This document shows positions 1 to 12,098 of a DNA stretch of 64,000 nt, one piece after another. This DNA is from Ginglymostoma cirratum (taxonomy: Eukaryota), in contig JAHRHZ010000021.1 of the NCBI GenBank assembly GCA_024137785.1, positions 45,106,051-45,170,050 on the forward strand, read 5' to 3'. Within the stretch, counting starts at the first letter, position 1. Every line of letters begins with the position of its first letter. A model generated the notes under the pieces. The model saw nothing but the letters and a program-made list of their open reading frames with translations. It searched no databases and was not told where the DNA came from. The translations under genes and the position numbers were made by a program.

Positions 1-475
1 TGCAATGCCACAGTGATGCCACCCGAAGGCTGCAGGAACAGCAAATCATATTCAGCCTGGGAACCCTGCAGCCCAATGGCATCAATGTGGATTTCACAAG
101 CTTCAAAATCTCCCCTCCACCAACCGCATCCCAAAACCAGCCCAGCTCATCTCCACCTCCCTAACCTGTTTTTCCTCTCACCTCAAGCCACACCCCCATC
201 TCCTATCTACTAACATCATCCCGCCCCCTTGACCTGTCCGTCCTCCCTGGACTGACCTATCTCCTCCCTACCTACACTCACCTTTCCTGGCTCCATCCCC
301 GCCTCTTCGACTTGTCTGCCTCCTCTCCACCTATCCTCTCCTCTATCCATCCTCTATCCACCTCCCCCTCTCTCCCTGTTTATTTCAGAACCCTCTTCCC
401 CTCCCCCATTTCTGATGAAGGGTTTAGGCCCGAAATGTCAACTTTTCCTGCTCCTATGATGCTGCTTGACCAGAT
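1..475 (+). mobile_element. Penelope-like element 3' end (GIY-YIG C-terminus, pyrimidine-rich 3' region, pLTR)
   Basis: Frame from base 3 reads QCHSDATRRLQEQQIIFSLGTLQPNGINVDFTSF, followed by a C/T-rich tract and CTGATGAagggtttaggcccGAAAtgtc. Homologous to 61822-62301 on the other strand. Confidence 0.75.
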
Positions 476-631
476 GTTGTGATGGTGTGGGAGCTGGTCA
501 AGATGCTATATTGTGAGGGTATAGTTGTTATAGCATGGAGGTAGCAGCCCTCACTCAATGGGTAGCACTTTCCTTTCTATGTCAGAGCATCTCCAGTTCA
601 AGTCCCAGTCCAGAGAACATAGCCTAAAACT

Positions 632-770
632 CATTCGGAGAAAGGGTCACTCAACCCGAAACATTAATTCTGATTTCTCTCCACAGATGCTGCCAGACCT
701 GCTGGGCTTTTCCAGCAATCTCTATTTTTGTTTCTGATTTAAAGTATCCGCAGTTCTTTCAATTTTTATT
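632..770 (+). mobile_element. Penelope-type pLTR fragment (second subfamily) inserted into a SINE head
   Basis: agggtcactcaacccgaaacattaattctg...cacagatgctgccagacctgctg..., the same motif as the arms at 17252-17470 and 5478-5675. Preceded by a tRNA-like SINE head at ~545-625. Confidence 0.6.
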
Positions 771-1627
771 TACAGAATTTGGAGAGCCTTCAGTAAATAG
801 TCACGTACAAATTTAACCAGGTGAGCACTGACTTGTAGACTTGGTGCTCTGCCATCCTATTGCCTCCTGACATTGGATTCAGATAAATAAAATCTTTTCA
901 GCTTACATGTGGGGCTGCTGCTGAGCACCTGATTAAACAGATGGCAGTAGAATACAAAATCTGTCATCGGGCCTGAAACAGACATTAGATATTCAGTTTG
1001 TACAGACCATGGTCCTAACCCCTATTTCACAGGAGCAGCCCAGATGGTGAGCATGATTTTCTTGTGCAGCCATACATATGCTTTGTTGGGTTCTGCAGCA
1101 TGAGTTTTTCACTCCAAACAACAGGTGCACTGTCGACTTTCTCGTCCATAAACTCTAGCAGACTGTATCCTAACAAGTTCATGATGTTCAGTTGCTCACA
1201 TTGTCATAAACTGCTGGATAAGGAAATTATTTGGTGCTTTCAAGCAAAAAATATGCACAGCTGATCTGTCCCAGGGAAAGATTTACCCTGCTAACTGAGC
1301 GCTCATGATGGGATCACAATCCTGAGCAAGCAATTCTTCCCCAGAATACCTTCAGTATCAGGAGATCTCTGTCATGTATGACAGTATCATGCTTATGTCC
1401 AACCATACTGCACCTGTGATTTCTCTCAGACCTGATTTATGTAGCAGAGTTGATGTTTTTAAAGACATGGGGCCATTTGCATTTCTGGAAACAAAGATAC
1501 AGCATAAAGGGGAAAGAAAATAAGGCTCTACATTTAATATGCCAATATCTGTACAGGGAATTTTTAACTTGCAGCATAGCTCTGCAGATATGGCAATGAA
1601 GTGTTAGAAGGGTTTGGGATCTCAGGC

Positions 1628-1837
1628 CTGACACTGCAGGCTGAGCCAAAACTGTGCGTGGGACCAAGGTGTGACTCTATAGTGAAAGCTGGAACTGTGT
1701 GTGGGACTGAGTCTGACACTGTAGTGAGAGCCAGAGCTGTGTATAGGACTGGGGGCTGACACTGTAGTGAGGGCTAGAACTGTGTGTGGGACTGGGGTCT
1801 GACACTGTAGTGAGAGCTAGAAATGTGTGTGGGACCA
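1628..1837 (+). repeat. 43-bp minisatellite, about 5 units
   Basis: Unit ctgacactgtagtgagagccagarctgtgtgtgggactggggt starts at 1628, 1671, 1713, 1756 and 1799. Confidence 0.9.
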
Positions 1838-2383
1838 CTAGGATCTCATATTATCGCTCTTATATTCCAGTGATTTTCAATAAAGTTGCTGTATCCTGGA
1901 AGTCCTTTGACCCATTCTTGACTTTGTCACCAAGAGAAAAGATTGATCCGATGGAAGGAACTAGAAATCACTGATGACTCCACCAACTATGTATGGGAAA
2001 AGTAGAACCTTCAGCAGGAAGTGGAAGCAAATAGAACCTAATCCTGTGGGATGGTCTTTGGGGCTTGCAATGGAAAGAACTTTTTTTTGTGCTTTCATAG
2101 CAATCTTTTTATCGGATGGAAAACAAAGGTGTCTTTTTTTAAAATTCTTAAGGTTGTAAATCACTCCGTAGAAATGTTTTATGCTGCACAAGATTCTGTA
2201 GAAAACTGGAAAAGTAACTTGGGGGAATACAGGGAAATCATGTAGTTATATACACTTCTTCCTAATGTCAGCAGTCTTCCATTCTCTTGAGATTGGTGCA
2301 CACATCTCTGTACTAAAAATTGTGCCTTCTGTTAATTTCGGATGCTTTTTAGAAAATAGATTAAATAATTCTCACTCACATCC

Positions 2384-2494
2384 CTGGTCTCACACACACT
2401 CATGACTCAATAATTGTCAGACCCTAGTCCCACACACAATTCTGTTTCTCACTACAGTGTCAAAACCAGGTTCCACACACAGTTCTGGCTCTCA
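2384..2494 (-). repeat. Reverse-complement copies of the 43-bp minisatellite (2-3 units)
   Basis: tgtcagaccctagtcccacacacaattctgtttctcactacagtgtca...cacacacagttctggctctcac. Confidence 0.8.
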
Positions 2495-3869
2495 CGAATA
2501 GATTCAGAATCTAAAAATATTTGCATAAATAAGTATCATTTACATTTATCCATTTTCTACAGATCAATCACACCATCCATCATTTCCTCAGAGGTTGCTA
2601 GGACAGTGTTCTTTACAGATCGAGGCATTTGCCTCCTGCTAGATAATTCTCCTCACTCCACCAATGTCTCCTTTTGACCTCGAGTCCCTATTCATGCCAA
2701 CTCTCTGCTCCCTCAGTTCACACCGACACTCTGCTTCATCATGCCGGTCCTTGCATCCCTCACTTTATGTTGGTTCACTCCTCCTTCAGTTTCTCACGTG
2801 AGTGAGAATGATCTAATCTATTTTCTAAACATCATCTGAAATGAACAGTCAGTATACATTGACTGGCTTCTGCATTTCTTTCTTCAAATCAGAGAAATCA
2901 GCACTGAGAAGTCAGACAAATCTATGTAACTAGGTCCAAGCACTTGGTAATGCTGCAGTAGCACTGTGAAGGGTGAGGGGGTGGGTTAAAAAAAAATCAA
3001 TGTTTCTTTGGTTATATCACAGTAATGGGGCATATTTTCCAATGCTGCCATTGCAGGCTTGGTGAGTAGCTGCAGTGCATCTTGTAGATGATACACCCTG
3101 CTTTCGCTGTGCAAAGTGGTGGAATGGGTGAGTGTTGAAAGTGATGGACTGAGTGTCAATCAAGTGATCAAGCTTTATCTTTCAACATGATTGATTGTGG
3201 CCCCAACAACTTGGAAGAATCCCCTAAGACACTTCTCCAACAAAATTCTTCATTGGTCTCAGACTTGAAAACAAAATGCTCGTGGCTCAGTGCTAGAGTA
3301 TATAAAAAGAATGTATCTTCGATCTGTTGCCTTACTTCATTGAATTCAATATATTTTGGACCGAAGAATTTATACCGTGAGTACAAATTAAACAAAATTA
3401 TAAAATAAATAAACGAATAGTTGTTTTTGTATGAAATCCGAACTACTGCCCCATACAGAGCATTCTTTGTCATCTTGTAAAGTAGAGTGGCTGCCAACTC
3501 AATGGTCACAATCAGAAGTTTCAAACCACTGTTTGCAGTTCCTACAACAATACTGGGACTGAACCACAGCAGGAAGCAGTTTTGCAATATTAATACACCC
3601 TATAGTTATATCACCCAATGGCTTGTGTGCTTCCCTATCTGAGAATTAATCCTTAAATTGGAGCAGTGTTAGGTCAATTTAAATGGTAATATCACTGTTG
3701 AGTGTGAGGCACAGATGTTCTCTCCAGATGATGCCATGAATAGTTTATGAGAAATCTGGAGCTTTGCATGTAAGTAATAAAGTATTACATTTAAACTTTT
3801 TTAAGCATTTTGTAAATAATATAAATCATTTTTAAGTCCTGAGCCAGCAGTACATAGAAAGAAGGAAAT

Positions 3870-4250
3870 AACTTTTGCCTTTTTGCGGCTGCATTTCGCA
3901 ACCTCCGGACATCCCAAAGCATTTTACAGCTGATTAACTATTTTAAGGTGTTGCAATGTTGCAATGTAACTAACTCAACAGCCAATTTGCACTCAAATCC
4001 CACAATGAGCAATGCGATAATGGCCAGATAATCTGTGCATTTTGTTTTAGCCATGTTGCTCGAAGGATCAATATTGGGGTAGACCTCCCCTGATCTTCTT
4101 CAGCCTGTGCCATGGGGTCTCTAACACTCTCCTGAGAGTGAAGTCAGCATTTCAGTTTAAAGATGGTGAATGACACTATCTTTGGATATGCCGAAGTGGG
4201 TTTTGTGCTCAGGACTGTGAACCACAATCTTCAGACTTATAATGAGTAAA
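3870..4250 (-). mobile_element. DeuSINE/SacSINE1-like SINE, degenerate
   Basis: Reverse complement of the element at 31240-31655 (cagataatctg, aatattgg, L2-like tail ggacatcccaaagc). Confidence 0.6.
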
Positions 4251-4275
4251 GATGCAAGGGCATACAACAAAGTCA

Positions 4276-4457
4276 AGTCATAGTCATAGTGTCATACAGC
4301 ATGGAAACAGACCCTTCCAACCAACCAGTCCATGCTGACCATAATCTCAAAGTAAACTAATCCCACCTGCCTGTGCTTGGCCCATATCCTTCCAAATATT
4401 TCTTATTCATGCAATTATCCAAATGTCTTTTAAACATTGTAACTACACCTGCATCCA
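4276..4457 (-). mobile_element. CR1 (HER1-type) LINE 3' tail fragment
   Basis: (gtcata)n tail and cagcatggaaacagaccc, matching the 3' ends at 29040-29112 and 60100-60178. Confidence 0.75.
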
Positions 4458-4811
4458 AGTGTGTAATAACATCTCTAAACAAATTGATTAGAAAATGCCT
4501 AGCATTTGCTAACTTTGCAATCCAAAAGCAATGGCAGATATATTGATAACTGGTCACTGAGAAAGAAGGATTTGCATTGCAATACTCTGAGGCTATGGAA
4601 GGCTACTTAAAAGCCCTTTACAATCAACTAAATACTTTTCAAAAAAAGACATATTGATTATAGTAAGCCCCTATAAACAGCAATGACTTCATTTTAAAAC
4701 ATGTTTTAGTGATATTAGTTGAGAAATAAATATTGAAATTGTGAAAAAAACCTTGTACAAAAAAAAGCCTTTACCTGTACCAACTATTAAGTGAACGTTT
4801 ACAATATGACA

Positions 4812-4950
4812 TAGTTCTGGCTTTCACTACAGTGTCAGACCTTGGTCTCTCACATGGTTCTGACTCTCACTGCAATTTCAGAGTCCAGTCACTCACACAG
4901 TTCTGGCTCTCACTTCAGTGTCAGACCCTAGTCTGACACACAGTTTCAAC
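4812..4950 (-). repeat. Third cluster of the 43-bp minisatellite (about 3 units, reverse orientation)
   Basis: gttctggctttcactacagtgtcagacc...cacacagttctggctctcacttcagtgtcagaccctagtc. Confidence 0.8.
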
Positions 4951-5057
4951 TATAAATTGAGCTTTTTCAATGTGACACATTGTTGCTGAGTTAAGACTTG
5001 AGCTGATAACCCTCATTATGTTTGTGCAGATTCTACAAAATGATTAGGAGCTCTAAT

Positions 5058-5372
5058 TACACAGTGGTAATACCCCTACCTCTAGACCAGGAGGCCTGGG
5101 TCATGTCCCACCTCTGTAGAGGTGTGTAATGGCATCTCTGAACAAGCTGATTAGAAAATATCTGTACAAAGTCATTAAGGAATCAGTGCTCCTTTAAGTG
5201 AATTATATTTCCTGGCATTGCAGAAAGTTAGACCTGCAACTACATAGTATACAGACTGTGAGAGTGCTGTTGTGGTAATGTGCCTACCTCTGGATCTGAA
5301 GGCCTGGGTTCAAGTCTCACCTGCTATAGACCTATGTCATTACACCTCTGAACAGGTTGATCAAAAATATCT
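5058..5372 (+). mobile_element. Two tandem short tRNA-derived SINE copies (~5058-5162 and ~5268-5372)
   Basis: Both read gtggtaat..cctacctct..a..aggcctgggt..agtc.cacct...catctctgaaca.g.tgat.a.aaata. A minus-strand copy lies at ~32078-32180. Confidence 0.6.
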
Positions 5373-5477
5373 ACAGATTTGTGTCATTCTATTTGGTACT
5401 TCTCTTTACAAATGAGTGGAAATTGAAAGAGTTACATTATCCAGTTAAAATCAATTCTTGTACATTATATACAAAGA

Positions 5478-5675
5478 ACCACGAATACTGGAAATCTGAA
5501 ACAAAAACATAAATGCTAGAGAAACTCAGAAGGCCAGAGAGCATCTGTGGAGAGAAAACAAAGTTAATGCTTCAAGTCCAGTGACTATCCTTCAGAATGG
5601 GTAACATGCACCCTGTTTTTTCTCCACAGATGCTGACAGACTTGCTGAGTTTCTCCAGCAATTTATGCTCGTGTT
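5478..5675. mobile_element. Fold-back (inverted) Penelope pLTR-derived insertion
   Basis: Left arm gctagagaaactcag...gcatctgtggaga is the reverse complement of right arm tctccacagatgc...ctgagtttctccagc. Confidence 0.6.
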
Positions 5676-5686
5676 CTTAATATTAC

Positions 5687-6045
5687 GCTCAGTAGCAGCA
5701 ATGTGTACCATTTACAAGATGCACAGCAATAACTGATTATGGCTCCTTAAACAGTGCCATCCAAACCCATGACCACTACCATCTAGAAGGACAAAGACAG
5801 CAACACTTCCAAGTTTCTCTCTAAGCGATTCAGCTTCCTGACTTGGAAATATATTACTGCTCCATCACTGTCATTGGATCAAAATCCTAGAACTCCTTTC
5901 CCATTGGTATTGTGGGTCGACCGACAGCAAATGGACTGCAACAGTTCAGGAAAGTCGTTCACCACCACCTTCTCAAGGATGACTAGAGATGGGCAACAAA
6001 TGAAGGCCCAGCTAGTGGCACCCACATCCACAAATGAATAAAAGA
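5687..6045 (+). mobile_element. 3' fragment of an abundant shark LINE (CR1-supergroup, Zenon-like RT C-terminus)
   Basis: gtagcagcaatgtgtaccatttacaagatgcac (VAAMCTIYKMH) through ...cccacatcc..aatgaataaaa. Same family as 18808-19725, 29250-29890, 35535-35915 and ~3040-3200. Confidence 0.6.
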
Positions 6046-6250
6046 ATATATTTCAATCTCAAGTAAGCATCTGCATGAGAAAATACTATTTCCATACTCC
6101 ACATCACATCTTATAGGAAATCAAACCAAGTCTTATAATTTTACAGCTGGTTGATACAGTTCAGCTCTAATTTCACCTATTGTAACTGATACATGTCTCT
6201 ACTTCACGTTGCTGATTTCAGAAATAGTTGGTTAAGTGTGGATGATATAG

Positions 6251-6540
6251 ATCATAGAATCCCTACAGTGTGGAGACTGGCCCTTCGGCCCAACAAGTCC
6301 ACTCCAACCCTCAGAGCACCCCACCCTGACCGATCCCCCTATAAATCACCTAATCTACACATCCCTGAACACTATGGGCAATTTAGCATGGCCAATCCAC
6401 CTAATCTGCACATCTGGGGACTGTGGGTGGAAACTGGAGCTCCCAGAGGAAACCCACACAGACATGGGGAGAATTTGCAAACTCCACACAGACGGTTGCT
6501 CAAGGGTGGAATCGAATCCAGGTCCCTGGCGCTGTGAGAC
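6251..6540 (-). mobile_element. HE1/V-SINE
   Basis: V-domain (tgtgtggagtttgca...ttctcccc, catgctaaattgccc) and CR1-derived tail cactgtagggattctatgat. Confidence 0.85.
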
Positions 6541-6677
6541 CCTGTCCTATTTAATGTGATGCAAGATTTATGGATTCTGCATGGATGATTTGTTTTTTAA
6601 ATAGGACATCCTCTATAGAAGTTACAGAATATGTAACAAAAAAACTGAAAGAATATATAAATGGACAAGATTATAAA

Positions 6678-6974
6678 GGTGGCACGGTGGCTCAGTGGTT
6701 AGCACTGCTGCCTCACAGCACCAGGGACCCGGGTTCAATTCCACCCTCAGGTGACTGTCTGTGTGGAGTTTGCACATTCTCCTGGTGTCTGCATGGATTT
6801 CCTCCCACAGTCCAAAGATGTGCAAGTTAGGTGGATTGGCCATGCTAAATTGCCCCAAGTGTTCAGGGATGTGTAGATTCATAGGATGGGTCTGGGTGGG
6901 ATGCTCTGAGGGTTGGTGTTGACTTGTTGGGCCGTAGGGCCTGTTTCCACACTGTAGGGATTCAATAATCTAAT
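6678..6974 (+). mobile_element. HE1/V-SINE
   Basis: tRNA head with A box ggtggctcagtggttagc and B box gggttcaattcc, then V-domain and CR1 tail. Confidence 0.9.
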
Positions 6975-7341
6975 AAGATCACCTGAGACATTTGAAGTCT
7001 AAGATACAAAGTCATAAGCTGGTCACAATAACATGAACAGTGCTACTATGGTAGAAGTGAATCAACAATGTGGTAGATAAATACACCTTCTATGAAGATT
7101 GACCATATGAAGACACTACTCTGATATTGTATGTTCATTACAAGTACTGGCATCTTGTCACTTTAAATGCAGCATCTTCCTTACTCATCATCATTTTCCA
7201 GTGAGGATGAATATATGATTTCAACTGAAGATTCTTCATGAATCACCCAGTTTGGTTTTACTTTTCCTCCCCACATAAGCTTCTCAAAGGTCTGGCAACA
7301 CAGATGTGTAAAAGAACAAGTTCCTAATGGTATCTGGAGTG

Positions 7342-7645
7342 AATCATTGAACCCCTGCAGTATGGAAGCAGGCCATTTTGCCCATCAAGTCACACTGACC
7401 CTCTGAAGACCACCCTACCAGACCCATCCCCTACCCTACCTTTTCCCATGGCTAATCCATCCTGCCTGCACATCGTTAGACACTATGGGCAATTTAGCAT
7501 GGCCAATTTGCCTAACTGCATATCTTTGGACTGTGAGAGGAAATTGGAGAATGTGCAAACTCCAAACAGTCACCCAAGGCTACAATTGAACCCAGGTCCC
7601 TGGCACCATGAGGCAGCAGTGCCAACCACTGAGCCACCACACTAC
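7342..7645 (-). mobile_element. HE1/V-SINE
   Basis: Same motifs as the neighbouring copies, more diverged. Confidence 0.8.
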
Positions 7646-7849
7646 CCCAGTGGATTGATAACAACACACACAACACTAGAATAAAGGGTTAAATTTTACA
7701 TTCATTCCACGAATAGCCACGGTGCGAAAGGAACTATGTCATAGAGACAACAGATCTCATGAAACTGGAGCCTATATAGAGTTCCAGAAGCAGGTTATGT
7801 CTTGTCATGAATAGTTATATTAATATAAGTTTGATACTGTTTACTCTGA

Positions 7850-10135
7850 GTCTGCAGATTGCACCTATCTGTGCAATGGCTAACAGTAACCAGACTCACG
7901 GAAGTGGGGACCCAGTGGTCCTGCTTAAAATGAAACTCAGAAACAGTCCAGTGTTATTGCTACACCAGCCCAGTGATCCAACTCCAGGAGCAGCTGACGA
8001 GAAGCTCAGCAAAGGTAGGGAACCAATGATTGATGGATTTCAAGAGCCAACCTCAGCATTGAACCTTGGGGAGTCAAAGCCCTCTGAAGCTGAACAACTG
8101 CAGCAGAAGGCCAGATCAAAGATCACAGCAAGCAACAAAAAAATGAAAAAATCAATTGGCTACAGTGAGTAACAAATTAGCTTAGAAAAGAAGACTTGAC
8201 AAATCATATAGCCATGCAACAGGAGAGCCCTCTGCTACAGACTGTGGAGAGAGAGGGGGAAATCAAGCAGAAAAGCTGAAAAATAAACTGCAGGAAGCAA
8301 ACGAATCATTCTGGTAAGCATAGGCCATACTGTAAATATTCCAAAGGTGGAAAGAGGTTTACTTGGACCAGACCCTCTTAAAAAATGCAGAGAGCTCCTA
8401 CCAGATTGTTCATTAACTATCATGTTACCAACAGTCTATCAGATACCATATTGCTTCAGAAGCCAACCTGAAAGTAGGTCAGTACATTATTGTAGATGAG
8501 AACTGCTAAAGCCATTCTCCTCAGCCAAGACATAGCCAAAGATTCAGCATCATATTAAGATTAACTCTTTGGAAAATAAAACCCCATTATAAACCGGACA
8601 AAGTTTAATTAGTGCAGTTAAAAGCCACTGGATCCTCTGAATCCACTATAAATGACCTACGGTGTCTCATTACCGAAATGAAAATTTGAAACACGAGTTC
8701 CAACGAGACTGCACCGTAGTGGTGGTACAGGACAACAGTTTTTTTTCAAATGTTTAGCTTCTAAAGTAAATTTTACATTTCCACAAGTTTACCAGCAGAA
8801 AGCAGCACAGACTTTCCTTTTGAGGGGATAGGGTATTGTCCTGGAATCAACCTACCAAATATGACATGTTCTACTTTGTTAGTCTAAGGGCTATTAATGA
8901 GTCAGGAAGATGACAGTCACAAGGAACAAAGTGCCCAATGTGCAGTTGCTTATTGTCACAGTTCTGGTGGGAAAACCCCACATCAACATCAAACATACCT
9001 AGCAATCTATGCCGAATACCACCCAAACCATATGAAGAGTCATTTTCAAGTGGTTTGCCAAAGCACCAGTTGAAACTTTCAATCCATGGCAAGAAAATTT
9101 CAAAACAGACCATCTCTGTTAGCAACTGTTCAAGAAGTAGATGCTACTGAAGACCAACAGACACTTATCTTCTTGTAAGAAGCATTAATTTAAAAGGTCA
9201 AGGAAAATAGCTAAGCAAAAATATTCACAGTAAAGGAAATGCTTAATTAAAGGTTGGATCAGGCTCATATTCAAAGTTCAAAGCTTTTTCCTCTCCCACA
9301 TAGCCAGTAAAACCTTGCAGCTAGAACTTAGCCCCTGAAGCTTCCCTCAGCAGAGAGAACAAACCTATAAAGTTTTTCAAGACACAAATGCCTCAGTGAC
9401 AATTAAGACTGAACCTTATAGAAAGCCCAGAATGGATTAGTATTAAATAAGAATTGCAGTTGTCTAACTACATTAAAGATACACTGAAGTAAAAACCAAA
9501 CTGTTAGCAACTATACTCTACAATAGAACAAACTTCCAGCAATCCTCTATACAGAATGCCAACATTCTTGTGCAATTGTCACAACAAAGCGGAAGAAGTC
9601 TCTTTCACAGGAATGTTCAAAGCCAATGGTTCACAGTGATTTTTAAGCCAAGGCAAATTTTCACTTGAATTAATGAATGGCATTCCTGTGATTCAAAAAA
9701 AGATCCTGTTGACAGAAAGCACAAGAATCTTCCTTTAGGTTCACAGCAGGATATCAACGATAAGTGAACATTTGCTGAGTGCATAGATCACCTGCAGAAA
9801 TAGGATGATCCTTCAGGAAAAAAAGACGTAGAAGCACAAGTTGTCACCCAACTGGCGACGCTGTCAGCAGACCACAGTACTATGTACAAATGTCTTACAT
9901 AAGTCCTGATCCAGAAGGGAACTATCCCACAAATGATGACACACTTCTACTTCCTGATGGAGTTCCAGATAATTCCTTGTCTACAGATTAGCAACCATCT
10001 CACTCTGTATATGTTTAGCCTCTCTGGCAGTAAAAAAAAATCAAGCTTATGCTTCCTTTGTATCTTCCAAGAAAGCTAGAGATGCTGCTGAAGATTGACA
10101 CCTCAAACCAAAGAAACTTGTGAAGGAGGAACGGT
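7850..10135 (+). mobile_element. Highly decayed, internally deleted LTR retrotransposon, probably BEL/Pao
   Basis: Broken frames give TYLAIYAEYHPNH (cf. WYLPHHGVYHP), FLCNCHNK...KANG (cf. IRHCHEK...RSNG), ECIDHLQK (cf. EYLPTLQKR) and RKLEMLLKID (cf. HKLVLLLEAD) in the correct order, then a purine tract gaaggaggaa before tgtg. Confidence 0.4.
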
Positions 10136-10276
10136 GTGTGAGTTGTTAAATGTTAAATGTTTATGGTTCAATGTTATCATAAAATGGGGTACCATAAAAT
10201 AATTTTGGAGATGTACAGTGAAGGGCTAACTATATCTTTGCTTGGGGAACAGCTACTGAGCATGTTCAAAAGGAGC

Positions 10277-10653
10277 TGTTTTATGGACCAGGCTAAACCC
10301 CCTAAAAACATATTAAGAAGACAGCCTTAACCCCAACTTCTTTCTTATTTTTAAAGGCAAGTGTAAGGCTGTGTCTTCCAGATGCAACTCCATTGGTCAA
10401 ATTACCGGGCTTAAAGCAAAATATAACTGATTCTTGTACTATAGTTAAAATACAAACAAAAGAAAGAAGAATTGGAATAACTTAACTCTATTGGAAAACG
10501 TAACAGAATAATAGATTATGTAACTACTAAAGAGGAACAGTTCCAATCTATTAACATCCCATAAACACACCCTTGGCAAAGACAAATCCAGTAAAATAGA
10601 TTGCCTCACATGCAATTCTCCAGTCCCAGAAGAAAGATCGTCAAGAGAAAACT

Positions 10654-10687
<34 letters not shown>

Positions 10688-10959
10688 TCAAGTGTTTTGC
10701 TGTAGCAGGGAGAGATGTATAGCAACTTCCAAACCCCAACAGCTACTGAAAAGTTAAACTAAAATCCTGGTTCTATGGGAGCTTGACCCCACTCCTTCAT
10801 GCTGCTTATAATGTTCCAATTTGAAAAGAAAAGTGCCAAGGCCTCACAAGCTGTTCTCTTTCTTGGCTTGGAACGGATCACTCAGCATCTCTCTCTCAAC
10901 CTTTCTTCATAAAAATAATCAGGACAATGTACACCTCTTAAAGCCACAGTTTTATCACA
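10277..10959 (-). mobile_element. Probable solo LTR (TG...CA) containing a (GA)n microsatellite at ~10656-10685
   Basis: Begins tgttttatggacc and ends tatcaca; non-coding; no TSD recognised. Confidence 0.5.
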
Positions 10960-11299
10960 ATAGTGATATCAGATTATCCAGAACTGAAGCTTGTGGTTTC
11001 AAGGCTGCAAAAGCAAATCATTTCTTACTGTGGATTGGAAATACATACATTTATTAATGTAGTTAAAGTTCAACCGTGAGAGTGCAGATTCTGCCCTTCT
11101 ACAGCAACCAAGAAAAAGTGGATATGCCATCATATTTATAAAGAGAATCATGATAGAATCTAGTCAGCTAGGCAAGGCATAGAATTATTGTGATGGGTTA
11201 TTCAAATAGACAGCTGACATGCTCTGTTACATTGACATATAGATAAACATCAGACTCTAAGAGTCTAAAAAGAAAATAAAATGAGAAAGAAGGTTTAAA

Positions 11300-11670
11300 G
11301 ATGCATGTATCTAAACTATTTCACAAAATCAGGATGCCCCAAAGTGCTTTGCATTCACTAAATAGTTTTTAGAGTGTAGCTACTGTTGAAATGCAGAAAA
11401 TGTGGCAGACGGCTGGGTAAAGCCAAGAGCTACAGATGTCAACATAGTATTTATCAAGAAATGTGTGTTATTTTTAAATTCAATATGTTGTTTGAGGGAT
11501 AAATATTGGCCAGATTACCAATGAGAATTCACCAGTTTCTTTTTAAAAATCATGCTGTAGGGTCCTTTGTGTCTTTCTGAAAGGGTAGTCAGGACCTCAA
11601 TTTAACATTTTACTTAGAAGTTGGAATCACCTACAGAACAGCATTGATGCATCAGCCTGGACTTTTGTCT
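11300..11670 (-). mobile_element. DeuSINE/SacSINE1-like SINE, degenerate
   Basis: gagggataaatattggccag core and aggatgccccaaagtgcttt tail. Confidence 0.6.
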
Positions 11671-11761
11671 TCTGTTTATTATTTGGAAAAGACAGATGTG
11701 GAATATAAAGTTCGTTAAAGATCATTCTAGAATGCTTTATCTAACTGCCTGTCCTGAAGTT

Positions 11762-12098
11762 TGGTGGCTCAGTGGTTAGCACTGCTACCTAACAGTCTCA
11801 GGTTCAACTCCACCCTCCGGCGACTGTCTGTGTGAAGTTTGCACATTTTCCCCGTGTCTGCGCAGGTCCCCTCTGGGTGCTCTGGTTTCCTCCCACAGTC
11901 CAAAGATGTGCAGATTAGGTAGATTGACCATGCTAAATTGCCCCAGGGATGTGTAGGTTAGATAGATTAGCCATGGGAAATGCAGGGTTACAGGAATCTG
12001 GTGGTGGGGTGGGGGGGATAAGTCTGGGTGGGATGCTCTTCAGACAGTCAGTGTGAACTTGTTGGGCTGAATGGCCTGCTTCCACACTGTACAGATTC
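11762..12098 (+). mobile_element. HE1/V-SINE
   Basis: ggtggctcagtggttagcac head, V-domain and tail. Confidence 0.85.

Noticed and set aside
1628-1837. Regular 43-bp repeats as a CRISPR array or RAG signal sequences
   Set aside because: Units are contiguous with no unique spacers, the context is vertebrate, and there is no heptamer-12/23-nonamer arrangement.
6678-6750. tRNA-like sequences here and at other SINE heads
   Set aside because: They continue directly into SINE bodies and tails, so they are not stand-alone tRNA genes.
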